A DNA stretch of 62,310 nt, the filler included, from Choristocarpus tenellus KU-1152 (taxonomy: Eukaryota; Protista; Phaeophyceae): the NCBI GenBank assembly GCA_964200185.2. It is 10 parts of 10 records of this genome, joined end to end, with 100 filler letters (N's around TTAATTAATTAA, not from the genome) between each part and the next. Parts side by side here need not be neighbours in the genome. Positions count along the whole stretch, not along the records: positions 56,684 to 62,310 come from CAXNAD020010202.1; 9 more parts are not named here. The stretch is one strand, 5' to 3'. Made by a program: the position numbers and the translations under genes. Below the pieces are notes generated by a model. That model ran no database searches, had not been told where the DNA came from, and saw nothing but the letters and a program-made list of their open reading frames with translations. Position 1 is the first letter of the stretch, and the number at the start of each line of letters is the position of its first letter. Below, piece after piece: positions 62,140-62,310 of this stretch.

Positions 62140-62310
62140 CTGTGAATAACAAACAATGGGGGGTATCTGCTTACTGCATGAAAATAAGCTGTAACACCAG
62201 CCCTAAGATTGCTGGAAAAGGGATCAAGGGGGGGGGGGGGGGGGGGGAAAAAAAAAAAAAGATGTTTTTTAGATGGGGAGAGCACACGGCTGAACTCCAC
62301 ACCCCCCAGA

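Overview
This is eukaryotic nuclear DNA, not prokaryotic. It consists of ten short assembly contigs joined by artificial 100-nt linkers (N44-TTAATTAATTAA-N44), so adjacency across linkers has no biological meaning. The genes are intron-rich GT-AG genes. Their protein style, plus abundant short TTAGGG runs, suggests a photosynthetic stramenopile, probably brown-alga-like (inference). Hand-spliced genes, most truncated by contig ends: an orphan with a mitochondrial-type presequence, a PPR protein, a DUF1688/URC4-like protein, an organellar-type IleRS, an ASCC2-like gene head-to-head with a CaaX-ending J-domain gene, a glucosidase II beta MRH exon, a class I cyclic-nucleotide phosphodiesterase, a Translin/TRAX gene and a convergent TPT-family transporter. 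The largest contig (28385-45171) holds a ~21-exon, intron-retaining ubiquitin E1 (UBA1-like) pseudogene. It has stops, frameshifts and a substituted catalytic Cys, yet nearly all splice sites are intact and one pair of frameshifts compensates. Introns carry three MITE families with unrelated interiors that share an 11-bp terminus (GRSTSAAAGTA) and 3-4 bp TSDs. One MITE copy has telomeric repeats inserted at both ends. There is also a tRNA-like SINE, a transposase relic and many micro/minisatellites. I cannot demonstrate a wholly new system. The best leads are the E1 relic, the shared-terminus MITE group and the telomere-repeat insertions. All family assignments are from motif recognition, without database searches.
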